64,000 nucleotides of DNA from Octopus bimaculoides. Its lineage: Eukaryota. A model generated the notes under the pieces. The model made no database searches. It had not been told where the DNA came from and saw only the letters and a program-made list of their open reading frames with translations. Where the stretch lies: positions 9,005,244 to 9,069,243 of the forward strand of contig NC_068997.1 of NCBI RefSeq assembly GCF_001194135.2. Direction: 5' to 3'. Shown piece after piece: positions 23,501-35,400 of the stretch (positions within the stretch are counted from its first letter, which is position 1; each line of letters opens with the position of its first letter). Both the position numbers and the translations under genes were made by a program.

Positions 23501-24384
23501 TATACTTGACTCAATAGGTCTCCTCAAGCACGGCATTTCGCGACTGAATAGTCAATAATACGCATTCACAAAGAATTCCTGTTATTGTTATTTCTGAATT
23601 CTCATCTTCCTCAAGTATTATGATAACTTTAGGGGAAATACATAATCGGAACACACCCGTTTTCTGGAACCATAATGACATTTAGAGACAATTACTAGCA
23701 GACCTTTGTCTCCTATTATAATTCTATTAGCACCCAGGAAGCGTTATATAAATAAATTCCAGTATTAAATGGGACTTTATTTTACTTCAAAATTATGGGG
23801 AGTTTTTAAACTCAACGTAAAGAACCGTAACTAAACGCAACCAAGCATTTTGCCCGATTCTACCAATCCGTTGTAACTACATTATTGTACAACTTTAAGC
23901 ATGTGTACAAATACATAAGCAAAGGGAAAAATGACCAATTAACTTTGTAGAAATTAAATATAGACTTTACTTCAAAAAGTAACCGATAAAACATTGTTAT
24001 CTTGTGCTTTTTGCAGCCTTTAATCAGTTAACGTCTAAAGTTTACTGACACCTACTTCCGGAGAAAATTATCAGTCGTAGTTTGTATTGCGAATTTGCTT
24101 TCTAGAAGTAGGCTATCAAGTGTCATAAGACTGTCAACCGTTACAACCGACGAACTACTGAAACAATGCAGCCAGACAAGTAAGTCTTAATTTTAAGGGA
24201 ATCCACCGAACTCCCTTTTCTTACATAAGAAATATCTAACTATTTTGACAGCTGAAATTTAGGGGAAAGAATTAAGTCGATTACATCGATCCCAGTGCGT
24301 AACAAGTAATCGAGTTAACCCTTCCCCCAAATTTTAGACTTTGTGCCAACAGAAGGATTATTATTATTATTATTATTACACTAT

Positions 24385-24649
24385 CGTTAGGACGCCGGAT
24401 GAAATGCTTAGCGGTATTTTGTCTGCCACTGCATTCTGAGTTCAAATTCCGCCGAGGTCGACTTTACCTTTCATCCTTTCGGGGTCGATAAATTAAGTAC
24501 CAGTTACGCACTGGGGTCGATATAATCGACTTAATCCGTTTGTCTGTCCTTGTTTGTCCTCTCTGTGTGTAGCCTCTTGTGGGCAGTAAAGAAATAGGTA
24601 CTTCACCCGTCGCTACGTTCTAAGTTCAAATTTCACCGAGGTTGACTTT
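24385..24649 (+). mobile_element. tRNA-derived SINE family A, CpG-intact exemplar
   Basis: GAGTTCAAATTCCGCCGAGGTCGACTTTACCTTTCATCCTTTCGGGGTCGATAAATTAAGTACCAG. Other copies at approx. 1150-1360, 1375-1582, 11341-11550, 11560-11752, 35800-36230, 41525-41720, 50035-50250, 52565-52880, 59765-59958, 62960-63140. Confidence 0.85.
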
Positions 24650-25560
24650 NNNNNNNNNNNNNNNNNNNNNNNNNNNNNNNNNNNNNNNNNNNNNNNNNNN
24701 NNNNNNNNNNNNNNNNNNNNNNNNNNNNNNNNNNNNNNNNNNNNNNNNNNNNNNNNNNNNNNNNNNNNNNNNNNNNNNNNNNNNNNNNNNNNNNNNNNNN
24801 NNNNNNNNNNNNNNNNNNNNNNNNNNNNNNNNNNNNNNNNNNNNNNNNNNNNNNNNNNNNNNNNNNNNNNNNNNNNNNNNNNNNNNNNNNNNNNNNNNNN
24901 NNNNNNNNNNNNNNNNNNNNNNNNNNNNNNNNNNNNNNNNNNNNNNNNNNNNNNNNNNNNNNNNNNNNNNNNNNNNNNNNNNNNNNNNNNNNNNNNNNNN
25001 NNNNNNNNNNNNNNNNNNNNNNNNNNNNNNNNNNNNNNNNNNNNNNNNNNNNNNNNNNNNNNNNNNNNNNNNNNNNNNNNNNNNNNNNNNNNNNNNNNNN
25101 NNNNNNNNNNNNNNNNNNNNNNNNNNNNNNNNNNNNNNNNNNNNNNNNNNNNNNNNNNNNNNNNNNNNNNNNNNNNNNNNNNNNNNNNNNNNNNNNNNNN
25201 NNNNNNNNNNNNNNNNNNNNNNNNNNNNNNNNNNNNNNNNNNNNNNNNNNNNNNNNNNNNNNNNNNNNNNNNNNNNNNNNNNNNNNNNNNNNNNNNNNNN
25301 NNNNNNNNNNNNNNNNNNNNNNNNNNNNNNNNNNNNNNNNNNNNNNNNNNNNNNNNNNNNNNNNNNNNNNNNNNNNNNNNNNNNNNNNNNNNNNNNNNNN
25401 NNNNNNNNNNNNNNNNNNNNNNNNNNNNNNNNNNNNNNNNNNNNNNNNNNNNNNNNNNNNNNNNNNNNNNNNNNNNNNNNNNNNNNNNNNNNNNNNNNNN
25501 NNNNNNNNNNNNNNNNNNNNNNNNNNNNNNNNNNNNNNNNNNNNNNNNNNNNNNNNNNNN
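24650..25560. other. Assembly gap (exemplar)
   Basis: N-runs at 4546-4645, 14823-14873, 24650-25560, 28664-28702, 30586-30595, 31223-31680, 38279-38367, 40523-41445, 44204-44306, 45194-45934, 50311-51010. Confidence 1.
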
Positions 25561-26537
25561 TTTTTTTTTCAGAATCATAATCTCCATATTTTTCTACGTA
25601 TTTCGTGAAAAAGAATTTTTAAAAAGTGAAAATTTAAGAAATGGGGGGAGGGTGGGGGGATTTAAATTTTGAAATGCAGATTTTTTTGCAGATTCGGAAT
25701 CTCCACCCTCGATATAGTGTGTTGCAGTAAAAAAGAAAAAAAAAAATCCCAAAGTCCATGATCTTTACCTCCGCCGTTCCTTATGTATTTTGAAAAGATG
25801 ACAAAAAAAAAAAAATAAATGAACAGCCGAGATAAATTGTTGCAAGGTTGTAATAGTAGCAGCAAGTGTCTGTAGGTACTCTCCCACTGCAAATGTGTTT
25901 AAACGAATACATATAACCTCAAAATATATACAATTTGAATTTCTTTTAAACCTTACCTTGAATAAAAAATGGTATTTCAGCAAAAAGTCATCTCATTATT
26001 TTACGAACACTTTCATTGGAATTCCTTTGATATTCTGACGATTTACGACAGGGATCTCTTTTAGTTGAGACAACTGAAACTCGTTATTTTGGGTTGCTTC
26101 GCAAGGTGGAAGAATAAATGATCATGCAGTATTCCAGCTTAATTATAAATTTCCCGTTGCCACGGAGGAAACTTATCGAAAGACGCGAAGATAGGATTGT
26201 TTTAAATTAAATTTGGGTTGAACTTTAACTCTTTCTTATGCGATTTAAATTGTGAACCACCCATTTTCTACTTCGACTTACTTCCTCCTGAGTAAATATT
26301 CTACTAGTTTGAAAAGTAGCTTTTCATATTTAAATTTCTTTATCGATTGTATTTACAGCCTAACATATTTACTTTAAAAAAAAAAAAATCATTTTATATC
26401 GCAAGCACTGAGTCGTTGAATAGCCAGTCGACTAGCAAGTCACAATAGCTGCAACTATTACAGAGAGAGTTCGTTTGAAAGCACCGGTTTTTCTCAGCGA
26501 TGTACGTCTCGAAATGCACTTACACATCATACATATA

Positions 26538-27270
26538 TAGTGGCCAAAATTAGAGAACGAAAATAAAAATTAAAGATATTTGCTTTTCTACTTCATTTTT
26601 CCGAATAAAATTTTTGCTGAATATACTTTAAAGTATGTTCATTATTTACAATAATTTTTGTAAGAATAATTTATAACAGAAAATGTTTATGTGAAAAATA
26701 GAAGATGGATAAAATGAGAGAACGTAGAGCGTAAAATTCAAATAGTAAAATCTGGCAATACTCCGACCTATGTAAATAAAGTTGACCTAACAGTACGAAG
26801 ATTAATATTGAACAGTAGTTAATTAACAACCATGGAAAGCCGACGTAAAGTTGATGAAAGCCTCAGGAAGCGAGTGGTCACATTGAAAAAAGAAGGAATA
26901 GCAGTTTCTGCTATCGCCAGAGACATAAGTAGATCAAAGAGTGTTGTTTCAAGAATACTCAAGCTTTATGAAGAAATAAGCTCTTTTTGTGTCATTAGAA
27001 AAATAAGGGAGACTGCGGAAAACAAGTGGTCGGCAAGACTCTGTGATTCAGAGGCTGTCGTTAAGAGACCGTTTCGATACTGCTGCAGGAATTTCTCGCC
27101 TAGTAAATCGTGATTACGGAATCAATGTGTCTCACAAGACTGTGATTCGTTGTTTGAAGGAAATAGGACTTTATACCCATTCTCCTGTAATTAAACCTTT
27201 CATCAGTATGAAGAACCGAAAAGTGAGGTTAGTCTTTGCCAATGAACTCGTTTTGACGGACGTCGGAGAT
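26538..27270 (+). mobile_element. Tc1-family DNA transposon, 5' part (left IR/DR, frameshifted transposase N-terminus)
   Basis: TA|TAGTGGCCAAAATTAGAGAACG terminus with inner repeat AAAATGAGAGAACG at ~26710. Transposase HTH reads MESRRKVDESLRKRVVTLKKEG..IARDISRSKSVVSRIL, then RDRFDTAAGISR..VSHKTVIRCLKEIGL..KPFIS.KNRKVRLVFA. Confidence 0.9.
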
Positions 27271-27314
27271 AGGTAGCACCACCAAGTTTTGACAAGAATT
27301 ATTCAGATTAAAAA

Positions 27315-27700
27315 ATTTTTCACGGTGCCCTTGGAAATGATCTGGAGCATCTTTGAAACATACACACACACAAAATAAAATTTTCGAAAAATGGGGTTTT
27401 TTCCCACCCACCCCCTTCCCGGACCAATTTTGGTTGATTTTGTAAGCACTACGCACGATGAATTTTTTGGGGCACCATGAGAAGCATTTTCGGTAAAAAA
27501 AAAACAAGTAAATATGTTCAGACGAAAAGGTGTAATTAAAGGGAGATTTGGCTATTGTTTCTAGCATATCTCATGACCACCTTCCTCGTTTCTTTCTCAC
27601 TCTCACAGGGGAAGACGGGGTATGGTGGTGTTAAAAAACATTTTCTTCAAATTCTTTTTTTTTTGTGCGCGTTAAAAAGATCAAGGGCACCGTGAAAAAA
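27315..27700. mobile_element. MITE-like element truncating the Tc1 copy
   Basis: Inverted repeats TTTTTCACGGTGCCCTTG (27316-27333) and CAAGGGCACCGTGAAAAA (27682-27699). Confidence 0.6.
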
Positions 27701-28864
27701 ATCTTTGGTAAAGATCGCCGAAAACAGTTTTTACGGAAAAGGCTGATATTTAGGACTCGTACCCTAAGATCACCGGACAAAGATGGAAGGCTGTGGTGAG
27801 TTTGTTGCGAATTAATGAACCCACAGTGTATCCATAAGGCTATACTAAAGGTTACAGTGGTGGCACGGGGCTTGCGGGGTCGAGGCAAGACCTGTTCCCC
27901 GCTTCATTGTTTGTGCATTTGTTTTGCTTAACATTTGTTTATCATTCGATTATATAAATTTCTAACTTTTCACCTCTGTGTAAAAACCATATGCACCATC
28001 GATCCCGCCCTCATTTGTGTCGCCCCTCTATGTTCGGCTCCCTGTGGGCAATAAAGAAAACGTTGTTGAAGGAAGATTTGGCTGCTATTTCTAATAAGTC
28101 GAGAGACCATGTAGCGCTTTCGACGTCATTGTGTATGTTGATCTCCATGACATCAGCAATCGAATGCTTGTAACTTTTTTTCTTTTCCTCATTAGCATGT
28201 AAACTTTTAAAAATATAATCTGGTGAAAATTCGAAAACTTCAAGTAGTTGGAAGAAATTGAACAAGATCATTTTTCTTTAACTCGTATTTTTCGATAAAT
28301 AAAAGTCGGCATAACTACAGATTTCTACCCCCTCTTCCCGATTTTGGATGATCATAACTTTCAGAAAAATGAATATTTTTTAATGAAATGTTCTATGAAT
28401 ATGTGTTATATCATGTAGATTTCGAATATACAAACTTTTGGTGGGAAAGTATTTTAGAAGCGGGTGGAGTGGGGAATTTCGGAAAATTCACCATCTCATT
28501 TCGTCTTAATTTTCAAGGAAATGGATATTTTAAATGAAATTCTTTACAAATATTCCTCGGACTATGTAGATTCCGAGGACATAGGAATTTTGGGGGAAAA
28601 CAATTGGGGGTTATTTTTGAAAAACGTTCCCCACTCGGCGGAGGTGTTTCGGAACAAGTCGTCNNNNNNNNNNNNNNNNNNNNNNNNNNNNNNNNNNNNN
28701 NNGTCCATATTTGTTTTTTCTCCGTTTTGTACGTTTGTGCAAACGAAGATTTCTACCACGCTTGCGCGCGCACACGCAAACATACGTACACACGTAATAA
28801 AAAAAGTTCTAACGGGGAATTATTCCATTCAATATCACGTTTATTATTGAGATTATGGGATCTT

Positions 28865-29035
28865 GGATCTTTTCCATCTCAAGCACAGATTTTTTAATTA
28901 ATTTTTTTTTTAACTAAACACTTTGAAACTTCGGATACTAGTTGAAAGTGTCACGTAGAACAGGGTTTACTCTTAACGCTTTTGACAAAATTTTGTATTT
29001 TAGAAGTTATTTCGTGCTTGAGATGGAAAAAATCC
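28865..29035. mobile_element. Small MITE related to the 30829-32070 element
   Basis: TIRs TTTTCCATCTCAAGCAC / GTGCTTGAGATGGAAAA. The internal AAACACTTTGAAACTT..GGATACT segment is shared with 30970-31030. Confidence 0.65.
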
Positions 29036-29445
29036 GACGTAAGTTCCGATGCTGCCACTGCAGACCGTCGCAGTTTCCTCGGATTTACATTCGATGCTCT
29101 AATGCTAAATATTGAATGGCCTTTGTATCTTAACACTCTATGGTTATCCATCATATATTGAGAGATTGATTTCAGTTGATCAGAGATATTATTGTTAGGC
29201 ACACGCCACGGACACAGCACCGTTTTACGCGGTGCTTTTGTAATATAAAACATTCACGCTGTTGGTTTCGTCTGAGATGAATTAAACTTTCTGGAAATAG
29301 TTAGAAATATACTAGAAGAATATTGTTATAAACAGATCAGTATATATTATATGCAAATTCAGATAACAGTAATATAAACGAAAATCTGCGACAAGTTTAC
29401 TTTCCAAATTTAATTTTGGAAATTTCCGGGCTTCTAATGCTGAAA

Positions 29446-29462
29446 ATGGCAGCTTTTATAAG
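29446..29462 (+). CDS. PEPD: PEPD exon 1 coding part
   Basis: aaaATGGCAGCTTTTATAAG|GTGAAT = MAAFI(S); 17 nt, phase 2 fits exon 2. A weaker in-frame ATG lies at 29437. Confidence 0.75.
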
Positions 29463-32400
29463 GTGAATCAATTTTATCATTCTTAACTTTAATTCTAATA
29501 TAATTAATGTCTGTGATGAGCTATTGTTAATACGATTATAGAGTAACTTCAGCTTTAGATCCGAATTAGATCTGAACTAGAAATCCGTATTTTTAAACTG
29601 AGGTAATAATACTTTTCATGGACGAGTTTAGAAATAAAGATTCTTAGTTCGAATCCCGTCCAATACTATATACGTCTCCACGAAAAGCTTATTCGATCAC
29701 GATCGGAGATGAAACCGATAGAGACTTAATACAGATTTAAATATTTGAATATTTTTCAGATATCAAGTTGAGTTTAAATCATCCGGACATTTCTAAATCT
29801 CTTCTCTATAAAAATAGTAGTGAGAGTTGTTTCCCCTGACCAAAGAATGCAAAAATAAACAGTTGAATGAATTTGAACTCAAGCTCGGGCTGCCGAGATT
29901 GAGTGGTTAAGAAGTTTGCTTTGCACCCACTCGGTTCTGGGTTCCATTCCAATGCGCGTCACTGTTCACTACCACTTGTATATAACTTAGAGTTGCACTT
30001 ACGACCACGAGACCGTGATTTCCAATGATGGACATGGTTCCGCAAATCTGCTCACAGCTAATTAGTGGATTAGCGTTTTCGCTAACTTTAAAAACCGTTA
30101 GCGGACCAATTAGCTTCCGCTAAATTTGATACTGCTAACAAAATTCATACGTTTTGTACCTGTCTGTTGTGAGTGTGTCTCGAAGGGCCAGTCAAGCACG
30201 CTGTTGGCTGATTACGTTTACACGTGACAAGACGTGCTTGGTCGACGCAGCAGCTTTTCTCACAACATTGTCACATTCACGTTACAGTCTTAGTGACAGC
30301 GATGTAAGTTATTGGTTTGCCATGTTACCGCTTGTCGTTATGGAAGGTGAAGACGTTTTTGTTCGGCCTGAGGATGAAAATTTTTTTGTGGAGCCTGCAA
30401 TGGCTGCGGGTGAGGCAGAAGTCGCTCAGACTGAGAGCCTGGAGTCTCAGAACCCGTGGTCCCACCTGGAGGACTACTTTGTCCTTACGTCAATGGATAA
30501 GAGGAACGCCAAAATCCTGTACTTCCGATGCGTCGTGTGCCAGCCCAAGGAGATCACCATCAAGGGACAAGTGACGAGCCTCTACNNNNNNNNNNCTGTT
30601 TGTTGACAACATGCTACCGCTGCATGTGGTGGAGTCTCCCACCTTTGTCGACTTGATCAAAACGCTGAACCCCAGCAAAACGTCGATGTCCTGCTACACC
30701 CTGGGCAGGATGATCTTGGCCAACCGTAAACAACAGGAGTATCTTGCAAGGTATTTATTAATTAAAATTAATAAAGTTTATTCAATTATTACTATGGCAT
30801 ACTTCTTTTTTAATTTTATTTAATTATTGGTAATCTTCAAGTTTAGGGGGATAAAAAAAATAAATAAAAATATTCAAGGGAAGTAACTGAACGTCTTACC
30901 AGTATTCTCCGTACATCTCTGGGATCTATTTTAAAACGGGGGCGCCAGTATTTTCTTAACGAAACACTAACGAAACACTTTGAAACTTGGGACACTGGTA
31001 GAATGTGTCATATAAAACATCCTTTACTCTTAGTCTTCTTAACAAAAAAAAAAGGAATTCGCAAGTTATTCCATGTTAAAGTTGTCGTATTTCTGTAATT
31101 TCAACCAATCACTGACGTCTATTAAGCTGAATAGAGTTACTGCTGGGCGGTCATAAAAATGTTGTTCCCTGTGACATATTTCATCCGGTTTAATCGTAAT
31201 TTATACGCATATATTGTTTATANNNNNNNNNNNNNNNNNNNNNNNNNNNNNNNNNNNNNNNNNNNNNNNNNNNNNNNNNNNNNNNNNNNNNNNNNNNNNN
31301 NNNNNNNNNNNNNNNNNNNNNNNNNNNNNNNNNNNNNNNNNNNNNNNNNNNNNNNNNNNNNNNNNNNNNNNNNNNNNNNNNNNNNNNNNNNNNNNNNNNN
31401 NNNNNNNNNNNNNNNNNNNNNNNNNNNNNNNNNNNNNNNNNNNNNNNNNNNNNNNNNNNNNNNNNNNNNNNNNNNNNNNNNNNNNNNNNNNNNNNNNNNN
31501 NNNNNNNNNNNNNNNNNNNNNNNNNNNNNNNNNNNNNNNNNNNNNNNNNNNNNNNNNNNNNNNNNNNNNNNNNNNNNNNNNNNNNNNNNNNNNNNNNNNN
31601 NNNNNNNNNNNNNNNNNNNNNNNNNNNNNNNNNNNNNNNNNNNNNNNNNNNNNNNNNNNNNNNNNNNNNNNNNNNNNNNNCGATATACACCGTTACAGCG
31701 CTAACTGTTTTCAACTGAATAGACGTCAGTGATTAGTAGAAATTATCGAAATAAGACAATTTTTTACATGAAATAAATTCGAATACAAAAAATATTTTTC
31801 TGTTCTATAACACAAAATAGATAAGTATACGAAGTTTGAAAGTCTTTCCGTACCAAAAACACTACATAAAACATGAATGAAAACTGGCGCCCCCGTTTTA
31901 AAATAGATCCCATCTCTGTTTATAAATAGATCACACACGTGATTTGATTGACTTTAGGGTTAGGGTGTGATTTATTTATAAACAGCTAGAAGAAAACAGA
32001 TAATACTGGTAAGTCGTTCAGTTATTTCCCTTGAATATTTTTTTTTATCCCCCTAAACTTGAAGATTACCTAATTATTTATTAAATAATAGTTTTTTAAA
32101 AAATTAATGTAATAAATGCTTTCATGGGTTGGACTTTAAATAATTCATGGCAAAGGCATCTCATATAAGTTTGCTAAGAAGATGGTTTTATTGCTTATTT
32201 CGTATTTCCGTACCTTTACGCATTTGGTTACACCTCAGTTATCACCTGACTTTCCATCTCAATGTTTAATTCAATCTATATCTTTTTCTTTTTTACAGTT
32301 CCTCATTCACCCGTGGTATCCACACATTTTCTGTTCCTTCTGAGCTGTTCAAAACAAATCGCCGGAATTTATGTGAAAGGCTGAAGAAAATTAAGCAAAT

Positions 32401-35400
32401 CCCTGCTAATTCTTACGTGTTGCTTCAGGGTGGAGAGTCTGAAACCCGATATTGTTCTGACCATGAGCCTCTTTTCAGACAGGTGAATCATGAATTTTTT
32501 TTTCTCCTTCACCTTTAGTACAGATGATATCTTTTTAAACAAATATATTGCTGATTTTTTTTTAAAGAAAAATGTTTTAGCTTCATCATCCAGAAGAAAA
32601 AGAGCAGTTCATACATACATACCTACATATATCTATCTATCTATCTATCTATCTATTTATATATATAATTTATTTAAAGGATACAATACAGTGCTACTAA
32701 ATTTTCATATGTTGAGAAATATTTCAAACATATCAATCAAGCACAAACCACATATAATGAACTAAAAAAATTGAATAAGAGAAGAAACACGACAAAACTG
32801 AGAAGGCAACATATAGAAAATGCGGAATGTTAAAAAAATGGAAAACAGAAAATGAAAACACAAAAACTATAATAAAAAGATAAAAGAGTTATTCTCCTTG
32901 GACCTTAAATTATGAGGTTGGAAAGATATCAACGAGTTAATCAGGAATAGGTGAAATTTTCCAATTCTTCAAAATACATTTATACATATGCTTGCAACTG
33001 TTGAAAATTTCAGACCTAGAGCTCAGTAGAGAGTTAGGTATCTTAGATCTGAACAGAATCTAAACAAAGCTTACATTTATTTGATCCATTAACATAACGT
33101 TTGGATTTCTCAATTATTTTCCACTTAATCCCATATGGTGTTTCATTATCTTTCAAACTCCATATGTAGCTAACCAACTTAGTAGCTTTGCTTTTGTCCT
33201 TATGTTGGAAGGAGGCTATGTGATTGACATAGCAATTTTTAAATTCTCCTTCACATAATCCAATATAGGTCTTATCTATTGTATTATTTTTTAGGGCTGC
33301 AATAACTTCTGCTTCATATATGATAGATTTAATCATCAATCGTTGGTCAATTGGACAGGATCCTGTCTTGTATATAATTAGCTAACAACATGGATGTTTT
33401 GCATTTAGCAAAAGAAAATAAAGGTGGCTAAATATTGTTGCTTAATGTTAATAGAAGATCTGATATATTTATTTTCCTTGAATTTTGTGTGTGTATTTGT
33501 TATTAGCTATGGAAGCAGTATTATTTCAAAATAGCATTCTGTGTATCTTAGTTATGGATATACTGTAGAAAGCACATACAACTATTGGTATTCATCTTGA
33601 GAAAGCTTCTCATAGACGTATAGTGCTAAAAAGCACAGAAGTGTAGCAGTCGTGTTGAAATTACTAAATTTAGATTTCTGCTTCTTTGAGTGTCATCAGT
33701 GACAAGTACCCATCAGAAACTACATGCTTAGCCTCTCATGTATCCTCATCTGCCTCCTCATCATAATCATTTAACATCCGTGTTCCATGCTGGCTTGAGT
33801 TGAATGGTTTGACAGGATCTAAAATGTCCAAGGACTGCATCAAGCTCCAATACCTGCCTTGGTATGATTTCCACAGATGGATGTCCTTAATGCCATACAT
33901 GCATACATTTTTTTTTCTAATACCATACATACACACATACAAATACACACATATACATGCACACACATACACACACATTTGTGTGTACAACAGTCTTCTG
34001 CACAGTTGCCATCTACAAGTTTCTACTCTTAAAGCATGTTTAAGTTGACTTTGTTTTGATATTTGTCAGTAACCTCTTGCAGCATCCTATGGTCGTAAAT
34101 GTCTTCTGCCTCTCATAGATATATTTGTTCTTTGTTGAAGTATTATTTTGTAATAAACATTTCTCTGCTTGTTATATTTTTTTACTTGTTTCAGTCATTT
34201 GACTGCGGTCATACTGGAGCACTGCCTTTTAGTCGAACAAATCGACCCCAGGACTTATTCTTTGTAAGCCTAGTACTTATTCTATTGGTGTCTTTTGCTG
34301 AACCACTAAGTTTTGGAGGACATAAGCACACCAACATCAATTGTCAAGCAATAGTGGGGGGACAAACACAGACACACTAATATATATATATATGTGTGTA
34401 TATACGACAGGCTTCTTTCAGTTTCTGTCTACCAAATCTACTCACATGGCTTTGGTCAGCCTGAGGCTATAGTAGAAGACACTTGCCTAAGGTGCCATGC
34501 AGTGGGACTGAACCCAGAACCATGTGGTTGGGAAGCAAGCTTCTTTCCACACAGCCATTCCTGCACCTATAGCTTCTTACAACGCAGCCACTTATGTGCC
34601 TATATATTAACATTTTTTACTTTCTTTTATTTTAGGAGTCTTATTTTCATTGGACATTTGGAGTTGAAGAACCCGATTTTTTTGGTGCTGTACATATTGA
34701 TTCAGGCAAGACAATTCTTTTCCCTCCTAAACTGGATGCAAGCTATTCAACATGGATGGGAAAGTAAGCAGCTTTCTAACTTGCAATTACAATCTTAAAC
34801 TAAGATACACATTCATTAAAATAAACTCAATGTTATACGTTCAGATTTTTCACTCTATTCTAGATTTTGTTTTTGAAATATTTTCATTATGTTTTTCATT
34901 TGAAATTTTAAAAAATGTAAATATATGTATGTATATCTGCACAGGTTGAAAGGTGAAAAAGAATTTAAGGGAAGATATGATGTTGATGAAGTCCACTTCT
35001 CTGACGAGGTATTATGTAAAAGCTTTTTATTTTTATTTCCTTTTTAATTTCTAATTTTTTTAACAGTAATTTTAAATGCTGTATTTTTTAGTATATGAGT
35101 GGACATAGTATATAGTATAACAATTCATACATCATTGCTATCTTTCCTTATCCTGCTGCATTTCATGTGGAATTTTTGATCCCCCAAAGTTGTCTTGGTG
35201 TATAAGTTGGCCTACCCAATTTTTGGGTTATCAGTTTTAGTCTGCAAAATTCAACTTTTATGCCAGAAAATTCAGTAATTCATCATTTCTCAGGTTATTG
35301 AGAACAAGTAATATAATTGAAAAATACTAATTTCACTCAGTTATAACTGTCCCATATAAATTTGTGGCCTTATGCACAAGTAAGGTAATCTTTATTTATA

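Noticed and set aside
24613-25587. Long ORFs spanning N-runs (also 31159-31732, 40367-41738, 44912-46171, 50234-51143)
   Set aside because: Artefacts of translating N as X.
28011-28271. 86-aa minus ORF
   Set aside because: Includes the TAGAAATAGCAGCCAAATC repeat segment seen at many SINE-like sites in the window.
28951-29253. 100-aa minus ORF and a plus-strand GTAAGT donor at 29039
   Set aside because: Overlaps the 28865-29035 MITE; no homology.
29885-29960. tRNA-like segments (here and at SINE 5' ends)
   Set aside because: Degenerate A/B boxes without a complete cloverleaf; these are SINE heads, not tRNA genes.
31954-31965. TTAGGG x2 as interstitial telomere
   Set aside because: Only two units, inside a transposon; too short to call.
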